Below are positions 30,301-38,573 of a DNA stretch of 64,000 nt, piece by piece. Numbering within the stretch: the first letter of the stretch is position 1; each line of letters opens with the position of its first letter. Under the pieces are notes generated by a model. It saw only the letters and a program-made list of their open reading frames with translations, was not told the DNA's origin and ran no database searches. Where the stretch lies: the NCBI GenBank assembly GCA_030599585.1, contig JAUVNS010000004.1, forward strand, positions 1 through 64,000. The letters run 5' to 3'. Both the position numbers and the translations under genes were made by a program. The DNA is from Promethearchaeota archaeon (GTDB lineage: Archaea; Asgardarchaeota; Lokiarchaeia; Sigyniarchaeales; SOKP01).

Positions 30301-30930
30301 CTTGGACCCAATTCTGCTGAATTTAAAGCACTATCTAGTGTATATAACTGGAAATCGTTAGATATTAAAACTTACATGACAAAGCGGTATTTTACTATTC
30401 AAGCAAGTATAATAGAATTGTTAAAGAGAGGATTAATTCAGCCCTTTATTTCTCTAAAGAATTTAGATTTAGTGGAAGAGATTACTATCATTTTGCCAGA
30501 TGTTAAAAAAGAACATAACGAGTCAATTCTTAAAATTTTTAGCTTTTTCAATATAGGGCTCATCTTTGAAATGGAAGGAGAATATTATATTCATGGATTT
30601 GAGGAGGTAGTGAAATTCGAAAATGGTATAATGATTAAACTATATTTCCCCGATTGCCAAATAGATGAATTCGAGAAATTGTTCGACCTGCTTTTTGAAT
30701 ATATGGAAATTGACCACTATCTAATCTTAAATGATCTAGTTGATGGAGAGGATTTAATAAAATCCACATTCGAGGGATTGAAATTTTTAGAGAAATACAA
30801 CCCTTTAACCAACCTAATTTGGAACGATAAGGACAAGAGATGGCGAAACCATAAATTGTTCAACGAGAATTTTGAACCGGTATATCCTGATTTATTTTAT
30901 GGAAAAAAGAATTATGATTTAGATTCATAA
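27313..30930 (+). CDS. Large hypothetical protein, possibly with repeated Lrp/AsnC-like (wHTH-RAM) modules
   Basis: 1205-aa uninterrupted ORF; three linker-like segments reminiscent of Lrp. The domain call is tentative. Confidence 0.6.
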   Translation: MTKLNIDFLIKTPIKTILEKIDYFFRKLLREIESYLQIEVFYPKISIILKNEESSSGAVDNLFSIGVERSYNNDILSIKISSDFFQYIQFIMLREAYKCFIPQLDNQMKMIEIFINQKVTIDLKKLASLKEWNAKATDKLVDYEFISAQSDRLENFLKQESTGSVDSPFKFFFKYIRKNIQIITEQQAGFYDILYEKYHLISSKSLYNDDIIETIRVLSKIFNRVQYYTAMLDYQHYFTTFKENGFIRTDLSLNKFTENMQRIKNYSSISPNYKVNWSALNLYSINCFLKFNPVLNRSKIRQIVKELPFFLLIKECRTNFGLEIDGFFVVPKIYFNDVKRFLEKLEENGYILQTRLTIVEKIEILVNANYLREYHDKKTIVNKKNKLYDKKYELHRVIDYGQREYNEEVTLLDWLIIDRIRYVSLTGFNFERRAGTIKLLKTDLINEIISQRKFITDLKTNLTIIHTSLELRNNFLEFLKTNESFGFFYIKNMLNDYITTFRLIKDILIKNPSITSVFTFRDYFITQGVSNSIENNITFKNPTIKKAIFSQFLPLYFKSRENLEEEISKYTSFFNIINSCYDLKIFNLKSMHTIAKNKSLLNTIFKSKEQKLRNTYENYKLSEINYQTIEKKLENYLNHDPPVIKPNLIDNIVPSNFQVFIMLLKNNLKTIENLEKVSYISKKTTIVWSNNILYVGFFIPYLNSEEKSSLISILTDIFQDNLISIKRYLWSYVIKAFSRKDFFDLEQKEFFYTKDLFEQYFLNVWSILGEAQKPLPEIPNSALTKFWPKEDDLPTLIKSVEDRIKNERVDLNIDNLRNLVELNKLLKDKILDLEGFKTSYEKSFFKNYVKSINFIPSFQRFGMSQYSLYFYPTDINKIDFKLLLNNSFQSISYPAQIDNSNSFLIRYISPYHNPGVSTYLNWLTKSKKIVREYCLFFVKKMYQVFHFNYNLSPEGWDFDPNRFKIYFQNILFNPDYKVQIPELKEFNVGDLTGANYLGPNSAEFKALSSVYNWKSLDIKTYMTKRYFTIQASIIELLKRGLIQPFISLKNLDLVEEITIILPDVKKEHNESILKIFSFFNIGLIFEMEGEYYIHGFEEVVKFENGIMIKLYFPDCQIDEFEKLFDLLFEYMEIDHYLILNDLVDGEDLIKSTFEGLKFLEKYNPLTNLIWNDKDKRWRNHKLFNENFEPVYPDLFYGKKNYDLDS

Positions 30931-31051
30931 TATTCCAAGTTACAATTTGGTTTTATTCGAAAACACTGAGACAAACTTGTAAAAGCTTAAACCAATCTAA
31001 AATTTCAAAAATAATAAATCGGTTGATATTTTTTCTTACATGATTACTTAA

Positions 31052-32479
31052 ATGCCAGTCAAAGATCTCGATTTTGAAAATTTCGATACCTTGTTCCATC
31101 CCATCAATATCGCTTTTATCGGAGCCAGTGAGAAATCTGCCTTTGGAGCGATGTTGTATTTATCAGCGTTTAAAACTTCTAAATGGAAAGACACTTTCTA
31201 TCCAGTAAATCCAAAATATGATAAAATTCTCGATTGGAAGTGTTACAAATCAGTCCTAGATATTGTAGATCATATATACACTGCGTATATATCCGTAAAA
31301 ACTAAATACATTCCCCAAGTTTTAAAAGAATGCGTAGAAAAAGAAATTCCTTGGGTAGTTGTATTCGCATCTGGTTTCTCTGAAACGGGGGATCCAGCGG
31401 GGTTAAAATTAGAAAAAGAATTAAAGCAAATTATAGCAAAATCCAATACGAGAGTGATCGGGCCAAATTGTTTAGGACCATATAACGCAGCTGAAGGTAT
31501 GGCATTTTCTTTCAGCGCAAAAACGAATAGCCCAGGACAAGTCTCTTTTATGTCTCAATCTGGAGGGCATATGAGTCAGTTAATCGATATAGGATATAAA
31601 AGAGATATTAGGTTTAGGTATGGTGTTTCATTTGGTAACCAAATCGATCTGAATTGCGTTGACTTCCTAAAACACTATCAGAAAGATTCCATAACTCAAG
31701 TAATCGCAGCCTATCTAGAGTCGTTCGGTTCTGCTACGGGTCACGAATTCTTTTTAGCGCTGGGAAAAACTACAAAAAGCAAACCAGTTATTATATGGAA
31801 AGGAGGTTATACTGAAGATGGCTCGAGAGCAGCGTTTTCCCATACTGGCGCAATAGCAAGTGATTTAAGATTGTGGCATTCAATGGCCAAGCAAACTGGT
31901 GCAACTATAGTCAGAGATAACGAAGAATTTTGGAACACTATAAAGACATTTGAATTATTATATCCAAAATATATCCCTCATGGGAGAAATATAGGAATTA
32001 TCACTCCTGGCGGCGGTTCTAGCGTGAATACAACCGATCTATTCAATTTTCACAATTTAAAAATTCCGGAATTAACTTTAGATTCTCAAAAGAAACTTAG
32101 CGAAATCCTTCCATATGAAAACGTAAATGTGAAGAATCCTGTGGACTTAGGGGCACTGGGTTTTGTTCTAGAAGTATTTGTAAATTCTATTAAGGTTGTC
32201 GTAAACGATCCAAACATTGATATTATCGTGATTCCTTTATGGCCACATTTTATCTATAATCATGTTTTCAGGCAGATGATTAAAATCCAAAAATCAACAA
32301 AGAAACCATTTATGTTTTGTTTACCTAGCATTGCTGACTCATCGGAGCTTGCAAACAAATTTTCTGCGGTCAAAAAAACACTTCACAATGAAAGGGTTTT
32401 GTACTTTTTCTCGTTAAGAGACGCAGCAAAAAGTATATCTCTATACTGCGATTATATTGAGTTTTTAAACTCCCGTTAG
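31052..32479 (+). CDS. NDP-forming acyl-CoA synthetase alpha subunit (CoA-binding)
   Basis: IGAS, IGPNCLG, SQSGG, phospho-His AFSHTG and NPVDL. Confidence 0.88.
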   Translation: MPVKDLDFENFDTLFHPINIAFIGASEKSAFGAMLYLSAFKTSKWKDTFYPVNPKYDKILDWKCYKSVLDIVDHIYTAYISVKTKYIPQVLKECVEKEIPWVVVFASGFSETGDPAGLKLEKELKQIIAKSNTRVIGPNCLGPYNAAEGMAFSFSAKTNSPGQVSFMSQSGGHMSQLIDIGYKRDIRFRYGVSFGNQIDLNCVDFLKHYQKDSITQVIAAYLESFGSATGHEFFLALGKTTKSKPVIIWKGGYTEDGSRAAFSHTGAIASDLRLWHSMAKQTGATIVRDNEEFWNTIKTFELLYPKYIPHGRNIGIITPGGGSSVNTTDLFNFHNLKIPELTLDSQKKLSEILPYENVNVKNPVDLGALGFVLEVFVNSIKVVVNDPNIDIIVIPLWPHFIYNHVFRQMIKIQKSTKKPFMFCLPSIADSSELANKFSAVKKTLHNERVLYFFSLRDAAKSISLYCDYIEFLNSR

Positions 32480-32511
32480 TGTAAAAATTCAGAATAAGGA
32501 TTTTTGGCCAT

Positions 32512-32883
32512 TCAAACTTTCTTCATCATTTCTTTTAGATACGCCTTCATAAAATATCTTTCCATGCTGCAATAATCCAACTTCTGGGCATTTGTTAATT
32601 CCTCGTTATTTAGTAGAAATGAGTGGACATTTACTATTTTACCATAACACTTAGTGAGTTTGTGGTCCACACAGTTTTCATTTAGTGTAAACTTATATTT
32701 TTTCTCAAAAATAGGTAAAACAGCAACGCTACTATCATCAGTATTGTCAAGGATTTCAATGGAATAATTAATACCAGCTTTACCCGAACTCAATTTGATC
32801 ACTTTAATCTAAAATTTTATGTTATTAAACCGCTTGTTTTTTGAAACTGATGTGTTGTTTCTAATTTTGTCGGAAATTTTCAT
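32512..32883 (-). pseudogene. Small hypothetical gene with in-frame TAG (or 96-aa CDS from GTG 32802)
   Basis: ATG 32883 gives 24 codons, TAG at 32811-32809, then the frame continues into the 96-aa ORF. Confidence 0.4.
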
Positions 32884-33094
32884 AAATGCATACTAAAATG
32901 TCTAATTTAGAGGCTTAATAGACCTATAATCTCAATTTTGCATATATTATTGTTTTACTTATATTAAACTCTCAGTGAACTACATGTTAACAGATTAATA
33001 ACTGCAAACTGAAATTTAAAATAATAGTGGAAGCATTAAAATAAAATAAAAAGAACAACAATTAATTATAACAAATTAGAGATGAGTACATTTC

Positions 33095-34105
33095 ATGAAA
33101 TTTATAGCTGGATTGAAGGGAGTGTTTAAAAAACCGTTATACATTTTTATAATTAGTGTTTTTACGCTTACATGGATACTAATTATAGTTAATTCATACT
33201 ATTCTAGCGTATTTTTAGGATTATCTGTACTACTATTAGGTGGAAGCTTATTATATTTCGCGATGATTCTCTTTCTAATTTCAATTATTAAACCTATTGA
33301 CCAGCTAAAAGGATGGTTTGTATTCATTATATATCTATTTTCGGTATTATCAACCTTTGTTTTAAACCGTATAGTGTTTATTATAACCTCAGAATTGTTT
33401 TTCGTTATCCCTCTTATGATAAACCAGTTCTTCACTGCCTACTTTGCATTTAAAATTTGCATGGATTCTTCTACAAAAGTAGACGATTATCTATATAAAA
33501 AGAAGAAAAGTCGAATAGTAACGCGGTTAATAGAATTTAGTGTTTTTCTTTTGATAAACTTGTGGCTTTCAAGGATTACCTTGATATTTTTCAGCAATAC
33601 ATCCACTCCATTATTTTTTATAGTATTCCGAATGCTTCAAGTCATGTTTTGGGTAAATGTGGGTTTAATGGTAATCGTAGTTATTCGCCTGATTATCACT
33701 AAAAAGTTTTCGGCTTATATTTCACTATTTTTCTTGTTAACTCTATCTTACGCGTTATATATTCTTATTGATTATCTCTATGGTGCTTACTTTAGTTCTG
33801 GATCAGGGGATCCAATATATGTGTTAATCTCCTTTTTCGTTGATTGGTTCTTGTTTTTGTATATATTAGGAACAGTCTACTCAAAAATTGATTATATTCA
33901 AGCCAAACTAAAATTCCTTAAAGTAGACACAATCGCACTCTTTCTTATTATTATGAAAATTTATGTGCAGGTTTCCAAAATCGTCCCTAAAGTTGTTTTA
34001 GAAGAGATACAAATTCTACAAGCAGGAGGACTGTTCGCAATCTTCGTTTTCTTCAATCTACTCTTTGGAATTCATTCAATTTTAGCTCATAAACAGAAAA
34101 AATAA
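33095..34105 (+). CDS. Multi-pass membrane protein of unknown function
   Basis: About 10 hydrophobic segments. Confidence 0.75.
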   Translation: MKFIAGLKGVFKKPLYIFIISVFTLTWILIIVNSYYSSVFLGLSVLLLGGSLLYFAMILFLISIIKPIDQLKGWFVFIIYLFSVLSTFVLNRIVFIITSELFFVIPLMINQFFTAYFAFKICMDSSTKVDDYLYKKKKSRIVTRLIEFSVFLLINLWLSRITLIFFSNTSTPLFFIVFRMLQVMFWVNVGLMVIVVIRLIITKKFSAYISLFFLLTLSYALYILIDYLYGAYFSSGSGDPIYVLISFFVDWFLFLYILGTVYSKIDYIQAKLKFLKVDTIALFLIIMKIYVQVSKIVPKVVLEEIQILQAGGLFAIFVFFNLLFGIHSILAHKQKK

Positions 34106-34123
34106 AAATAAAAAAAAAATAAA

Positions 34124-34633
34124 CTAGTACATTTCAGTCTTAGTAAATAAAAGTGCGAAACATCCGTAAAATACTCCGTTTATCGCGGCACTTATACTCA
34201 CCGTGATTAAAAATATAACGGCAGCCGCTGGAGGAATACCTAAAGCAACAGGGTTAATGAATGCCAACACCCCTAAAGCTGTAGAACTGATTAAACAAGT
34301 TATCATCCATCCACCGAAACTTGCTCCTTTACTTCCACCAGTGCGACCCGCTACGATAGACGCTACAAATGGCGTTACAATAAACCCAATGGTTTGAATC
34401 AAAGTAGCATCAAACGTTCCGAAAGCGATCTTCCCATACAATGCAAATATTTCGGTACTGGGCACGTCAATAATAGGCCCGAAGAAGATTAACAATATTA
34501 TTAATGGATTGCTAGTAATACTGCTGAACAGTAAATTTAAATTACCACTAATAGTTTCTGATATGATGATAAATAAGAAGTTCAAGCCAACGTACGCGAG
34601 TAAGCTAAATCCGAGAGCTTTTCCAAGTCCCAA
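34124..34633 (-). CDS. Small membrane protein of unknown function
   Basis: 4-5 hydrophobic helices; TTG start after AGGTTGA. Confidence 0.7.
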   Translation of the reverse strand: MGLGKALGFSLLAYVGLNFLFIIISETISGNLNLLFSSITSNPLIILLIFFGPIIDVPSTEIFALYGKIAFGTFDATLIQTIGFIVTPFVASIVAGRTGGSKGASFGGWMITCLISSTALGVLAFINPVALGIPPAAAVIFLITVSISAAINGVFYGCFALLFTKTEMY

Positions 34634-34770
34634 CTATAATCAACCTTTTTATAAATTTGTGTTTACTATTTAATTAATTAATACTATGTATACAATACAA
34701 AAGAAAGGCTATTTAAATTTATTTGACTTAAAAATTAAATATCATATTATACTAAATCTTCAAAATTTAA

Positions 34771-35847
34771 ATGTTTAAAATCTCTATTTGTAATGAGATG
34801 GAAATGAGAGAAAAGCAAACTAAAAATAAATTTCTTCTTGGTAAACTGAAGCATAAGTTCCTACAGAAAATGTTAAGTGAATTTGTGTCTACCACTCATT
34901 TAAAAGACGATAGAGTTGTTGTAGGTTCGCAGATTGGAGAAGATGCCGCTGTCATAGACATGGGCGATAAATATCTAGTCGCAAAAACAGATCCAATAAC
35001 ATTTGTAACTGACGAAATCGGATATTACGCCGTTAATGTAAATGTCAACGATGTAGTATGCACGGGGGCTACTCCAAAATGGTTCCAATCAACTATTCTA
35101 TTACCTGCTAAACGTACTGATGAGGATTTAATCGAATCAATTTTTAGGAATATCCATGATACGTGTAAATCCTTAGGAATAACTGTGATTGGAGGTCACA
35201 CCGAGATTACAGCTGGTCTTGATAGGCCTATAGTGGTAGGGTCTTTGCTTGGCGAAGTTGATAAAGAAAAATTAGTATTATCCTCTGGGGCTAAAGAAGA
35301 TGATTTGATAATCCTAACCAAGGGAATTTTTATTGAGGGTACTAGTATTATAGCTCGAGAAAAAGAGAATTTCTTAAAAGAGAAAGGATATAGTAGTCAA
35401 TTTATTGAAAAGTGTAAAAATTACCTCTACGATCCCGGGATTAGCATATTTAAAGAAGCCGTTGTATCGAATAACAATTTTACAGTAACATCAATGCACG
35501 ACATAACCGAAGGAGGTTTATTCTGTGGTATCGCTGAAACTGCGATTGCTTCAAAACTAGGAGTATTTATTAATAAAAGCAAAATTAATGTCTTACCAGA
35601 GCCGAGCGAATTGAGTAAAATTTTTAACATTGACCCCTATAGTACAATATCTTCCGGGTCTCTACTAATCTCAATTAATCCCGAAATCGCTAGAGATTTA
35701 ATTAATTTGTTAGCTAAGAATGGGGTTGCGTCAGAAGCGATCGGAAAATTTACAAAGGATGAAGGTAAATATCTCATAGTAGATGGGAATAATAGTGAAA
35801 AGACTATGATTTACACTGAAGTAGACGAAATAACCAAAATAGTTTAA
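34771..35847 (+). CDS. AIR synthase-related protein (PurM/HypE/ThiL superfamily)
   Basis: IGEDAAV, KTDP, NVND, IGGHTE and MHDITEGGL. Confidence 0.85.
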   Translation: MFKISICNEMEMREKQTKNKFLLGKLKHKFLQKMLSEFVSTTHLKDDRVVVGSQIGEDAAVIDMGDKYLVAKTDPITFVTDEIGYYAVNVNVNDVVCTGATPKWFQSTILLPAKRTDEDLIESIFRNIHDTCKSLGITVIGGHTEITAGLDRPIVVGSLLGEVDKEKLVLSSGAKEDDLIILTKGIFIEGTSIIAREKENFLKEKGYSSQFIEKCKNYLYDPGISIFKEAVVSNNNFTVTSMHDITEGGLFCGIAETAIASKLGVFINKSKINVLPEPSELSKIFNIDPYSTISSGSLLISINPEIARDLINLLAKNGVASEAIGKFTKDEGKYLIVDGNNSEKTMIYTEVDEITKIV

Positions 35848-36023
35848 ATTTCTTACCACCTAAAAAACTTCTTAAGTAGACGGAATCACGTAATTATTTA
35901 AATACCAAGATTTTTATTTCTGTATTTTCACCTATTTTATGTAACACGGGTATTTTATAATTTTATATTAAGGGTTGTAAGGAATTTATTTGTCTATCAT
36001 AATAATTTAAAATTTGATTAATC

Positions 36024-37943
36024 GTGGTTAATAAAGAATTACGGACTATTCTTAAATCCATTGGGGAGCATTCCAAGGGAAAAGATTTAACCATGAAATT
36101 GAATTCGCATGTTTTTTTTGAAATTCTCGAAGCCAAAACTATTGTTTTTGACAAATTTAAAGAAAAAATTAACAAAGATTGGAAAAAATTTAAACTAAAG
36201 AATCAAAATCGAGTAATTAAAAAAACCTATAGTTCTTTCTTTTTTCAACATTTCGACGAACTTCTTACATTTTACTTACAAACCTTCTGTGGATACGATA
36301 CTAACTCTTTAAAGTTAATAGTAAAAGAGAAGATATCTGACAATAATTTATTTTTAGAGTATAGTTACAATCTATCTCCCGAAGAAAAGGAAGTTTATAG
36401 TGAGTTTGCTCGGGATTTTAAGGATGTTGTTAATGGAGTTACCACCCCATCTGGCTATCTCTACTTAATAATTGCGATACTTGGGATAATACTGAGGAAG
36501 CTATTAGATGAGAAATTTTACATCGTTTTAGATGGCGTAGTATTAAAGAATGGTGAAGAAAACGCTCTGAATTTCTTAATCGTTATCAAAAATAGCAAAG
36601 ACGAATTATTCGATAACTACTATTATATGTATTTATATTATTTTTTAAAATACTTTAAAGAGGTTCCTGAGCAATATTTTACTAAATTATTAGCTGGGAG
36701 GGAAAAGGTTTACCAAATAGCTCTTGACGAATATTCTAACGCTAAAGAGTCCCTCGTTGATCTAATGTATTACTTTTATAAGAAATGTAACCTGTTAGGA
36801 AACTTTTCACCACTATTGGATTTCCTAAACTTTGTATGCTCGCGAGTAGAAGATTCGGTGTTTCCGAAGCTAGATATTATCAGAAAAGAATTCTTACGGA
36901 ATTTTGATTATACTGACGAAAAAAAGAACGCTCTATTGCGAATATTTGATTTTATAGACAAAAAATCTACGTTGTATAGTACATTTCAAGCAAACAATTT
37001 GCCATCACAACATTCTCAATTTAATCTATTTCTCCTCTATACAAAATATTATTTTGGAAGTGGGAGTTTGGAAGCTTTAGAAGTGAGTGATCTCTTATTT
37101 TTACCGGATGAATTCAAAATAAAATTAAATAATTTTAATTCTAAAACGGAAAATGTAATCAATGCTAACACTATTAACGAAGTTCAAGAATTTTTAGATA
37201 CTCTCTCGATTATGACGAACATCGAGAACCCAGATATATTTTTTAAGAAAATATTTAACAAGGAAATCTCAGAGCTTAATTACGATTTCTTTAAAGCGTT
37301 TTTGCTTAGTTTAAATTCGAGTATCTCGCGTTTGATTGGGCTTGAAAATAAGACCTTAGAAGAAGATCCAAATAACGAATTATTAAATTTTAAAATCGTA
37401 GTGGATCACGTTTGTCGAATGCTCTACACCCTTATCGACAAAATCTTTCTCAGAAGACTTCCAAGTCAAGCGTCCAAAAACTTTATCGACCCAAGAAGTA
37501 GGTATGTTGGCAAAAATATCGCTTTGAGGGTATTAGAGTTATTTATTTTTAGTGATTTGAATGTTTCAGATGATGTTTGGCCTGATTACATTATATCGAT
37601 GAATAAAGACGTTTTATTAAAGGATTTAGAAAATTTCGAAGTTGAGATACCTGAAAAATATTTCTATCGATATGAAGATATCGCAAGATTTGTTGTTACA
37701 TTTAATTTTCAGTCCCCAAAAGGACAGATACTATTCGAAGAGTGGTTAATCACGGGACTTATTACTCCAATTATCAGTTTTACATCGAAAATTCGTAATT
37801 TGATAAAAAACGATGAAAATAAAACAGAGATATGTAAGATATTAAGAAACTACTTTATTGATGACGATGTACACATAGAAAATCTACAAGATATCGACTA
37901 TGTTTGCCAACAACTCGCAGATTTTTGGGAAAGTGCTGATTAG
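36024..37943 (+). CDS. Hypothetical protein (639 aa, helical)
   Basis: Long ORF, no recognised motif. Confidence 0.7.
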   Translation: MVNKELRTILKSIGEHSKGKDLTMKLNSHVFFEILEAKTIVFDKFKEKINKDWKKFKLKNQNRVIKKTYSSFFFQHFDELLTFYLQTFCGYDTNSLKLIVKEKISDNNLFLEYSYNLSPEEKEVYSEFARDFKDVVNGVTTPSGYLYLIIAILGIILRKLLDEKFYIVLDGVVLKNGEENALNFLIVIKNSKDELFDNYYYMYLYYFLKYFKEVPEQYFTKLLAGREKVYQIALDEYSNAKESLVDLMYYFYKKCNLLGNFSPLLDFLNFVCSRVEDSVFPKLDIIRKEFLRNFDYTDEKKNALLRIFDFIDKKSTLYSTFQANNLPSQHSQFNLFLLYTKYYFGSGSLEALEVSDLLFLPDEFKIKLNNFNSKTENVINANTINEVQEFLDTLSIMTNIENPDIFFKKIFNKEISELNYDFFKAFLLSLNSSISRLIGLENKTLEEDPNNELLNFKIVVDHVCRMLYTLIDKIFLRRLPSQASKNFIDPRSRYVGKNIALRVLELFIFSDLNVSDDVWPDYIISMNKDVLLKDLENFEVEIPEKYFYRYEDIARFVVTFNFQSPKGQILFEEWLITGLITPIISFTSKIRNLIKNDENKTEICKILRNYFIDDDVHIENLQDIDYVCQQLADFWESAD

Positions 37944-37955
37944 CTCTATTAGCTT

Positions 37956-38459
37956 TTAAGGTATATTAAAAATTTTAGTAAATCTTTCAAAATTTTGTTG
38001 TATACTAAAAATCGGTGTTTGATCTTCTCTTTCCTTGCTGATTTTATTTAGAGCGATTAATCCGGATATCAATTTAACGTTTTTGTTTAATTGGACTTCA
38101 ATATCCTTGAACTCTTTTACGCATAAAATGGTAGGGTAGGATGCATCTCTAAAACCCTCAATAATTATAAGGTCAACTTTAAACGGGCTTTTGTTAAGCC
38201 AGTCTATTAAAGCATCTAAGCTGATTTTTTTATTGAGATAAATAGCGTTTTGATTAAACTTATTTTTACTAACAGAAAAAACAGCACCAGCTTCAGAAAA
38301 TTTAAAGGAATCTTTTCCTTCTTCGTCTATTCTATGTTCATGAATGTATTTAACAACACTAACTTCAAGGTTAAGTTCGGTTTTAAATTTCTTGATAAGA
38401 AATTCAATAATATGAGTCTTACCAGATCCAGAATAACCAATCACACTAATAACTTGCAT
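37956..38459 (-). CDS. mobB: Molybdopterin-guanine dinucleotide biosynthesis protein B
   Basis: GYSGSGKT, D.EGKDS and DLIIIEGF. Confidence 0.88.
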   Translation of the reverse strand: MQVISVIGYSGSGKTHIIEFLIKKFKTELNLEVSVVKYIHEHRIDEEGKDSFKFSEAGAVFSVSKNKFNQNAIYLNKKISLDALIDWLNKSPFKVDLIIIEGFRDASYPTILCVKEFKDIEVQLNKNVKLISGLIALNKISKEREDQTPIFSIQQNFERFTKIFNIP

Positions 38460-38485
38460 TATTAATCACAGATTCTAAGAGCTTG

Positions 38486-38557
38486 AAAAATACTAGAGAT
38501 TTAATATAATCATTAATATCTAAAAAATACTAGAGATTTAATATAATCATTAATATC
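38486..38557. repeat. Perfect 35-bp direct repeat x2 (period 37) in a divergent promoter
   Basis: AAAAATACTAGAGATTTAATATAATCATTAATATC at 38486-38520 and 38523-38557. Confidence 0.95.
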
Positions 38558-38573
38558 AAAATTTTAGGGAATT

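Noticed and set aside
38486-38557. CRISPR array
   Set aside because: Only two copies, 2 nt apart, no spacer and no cas genes.
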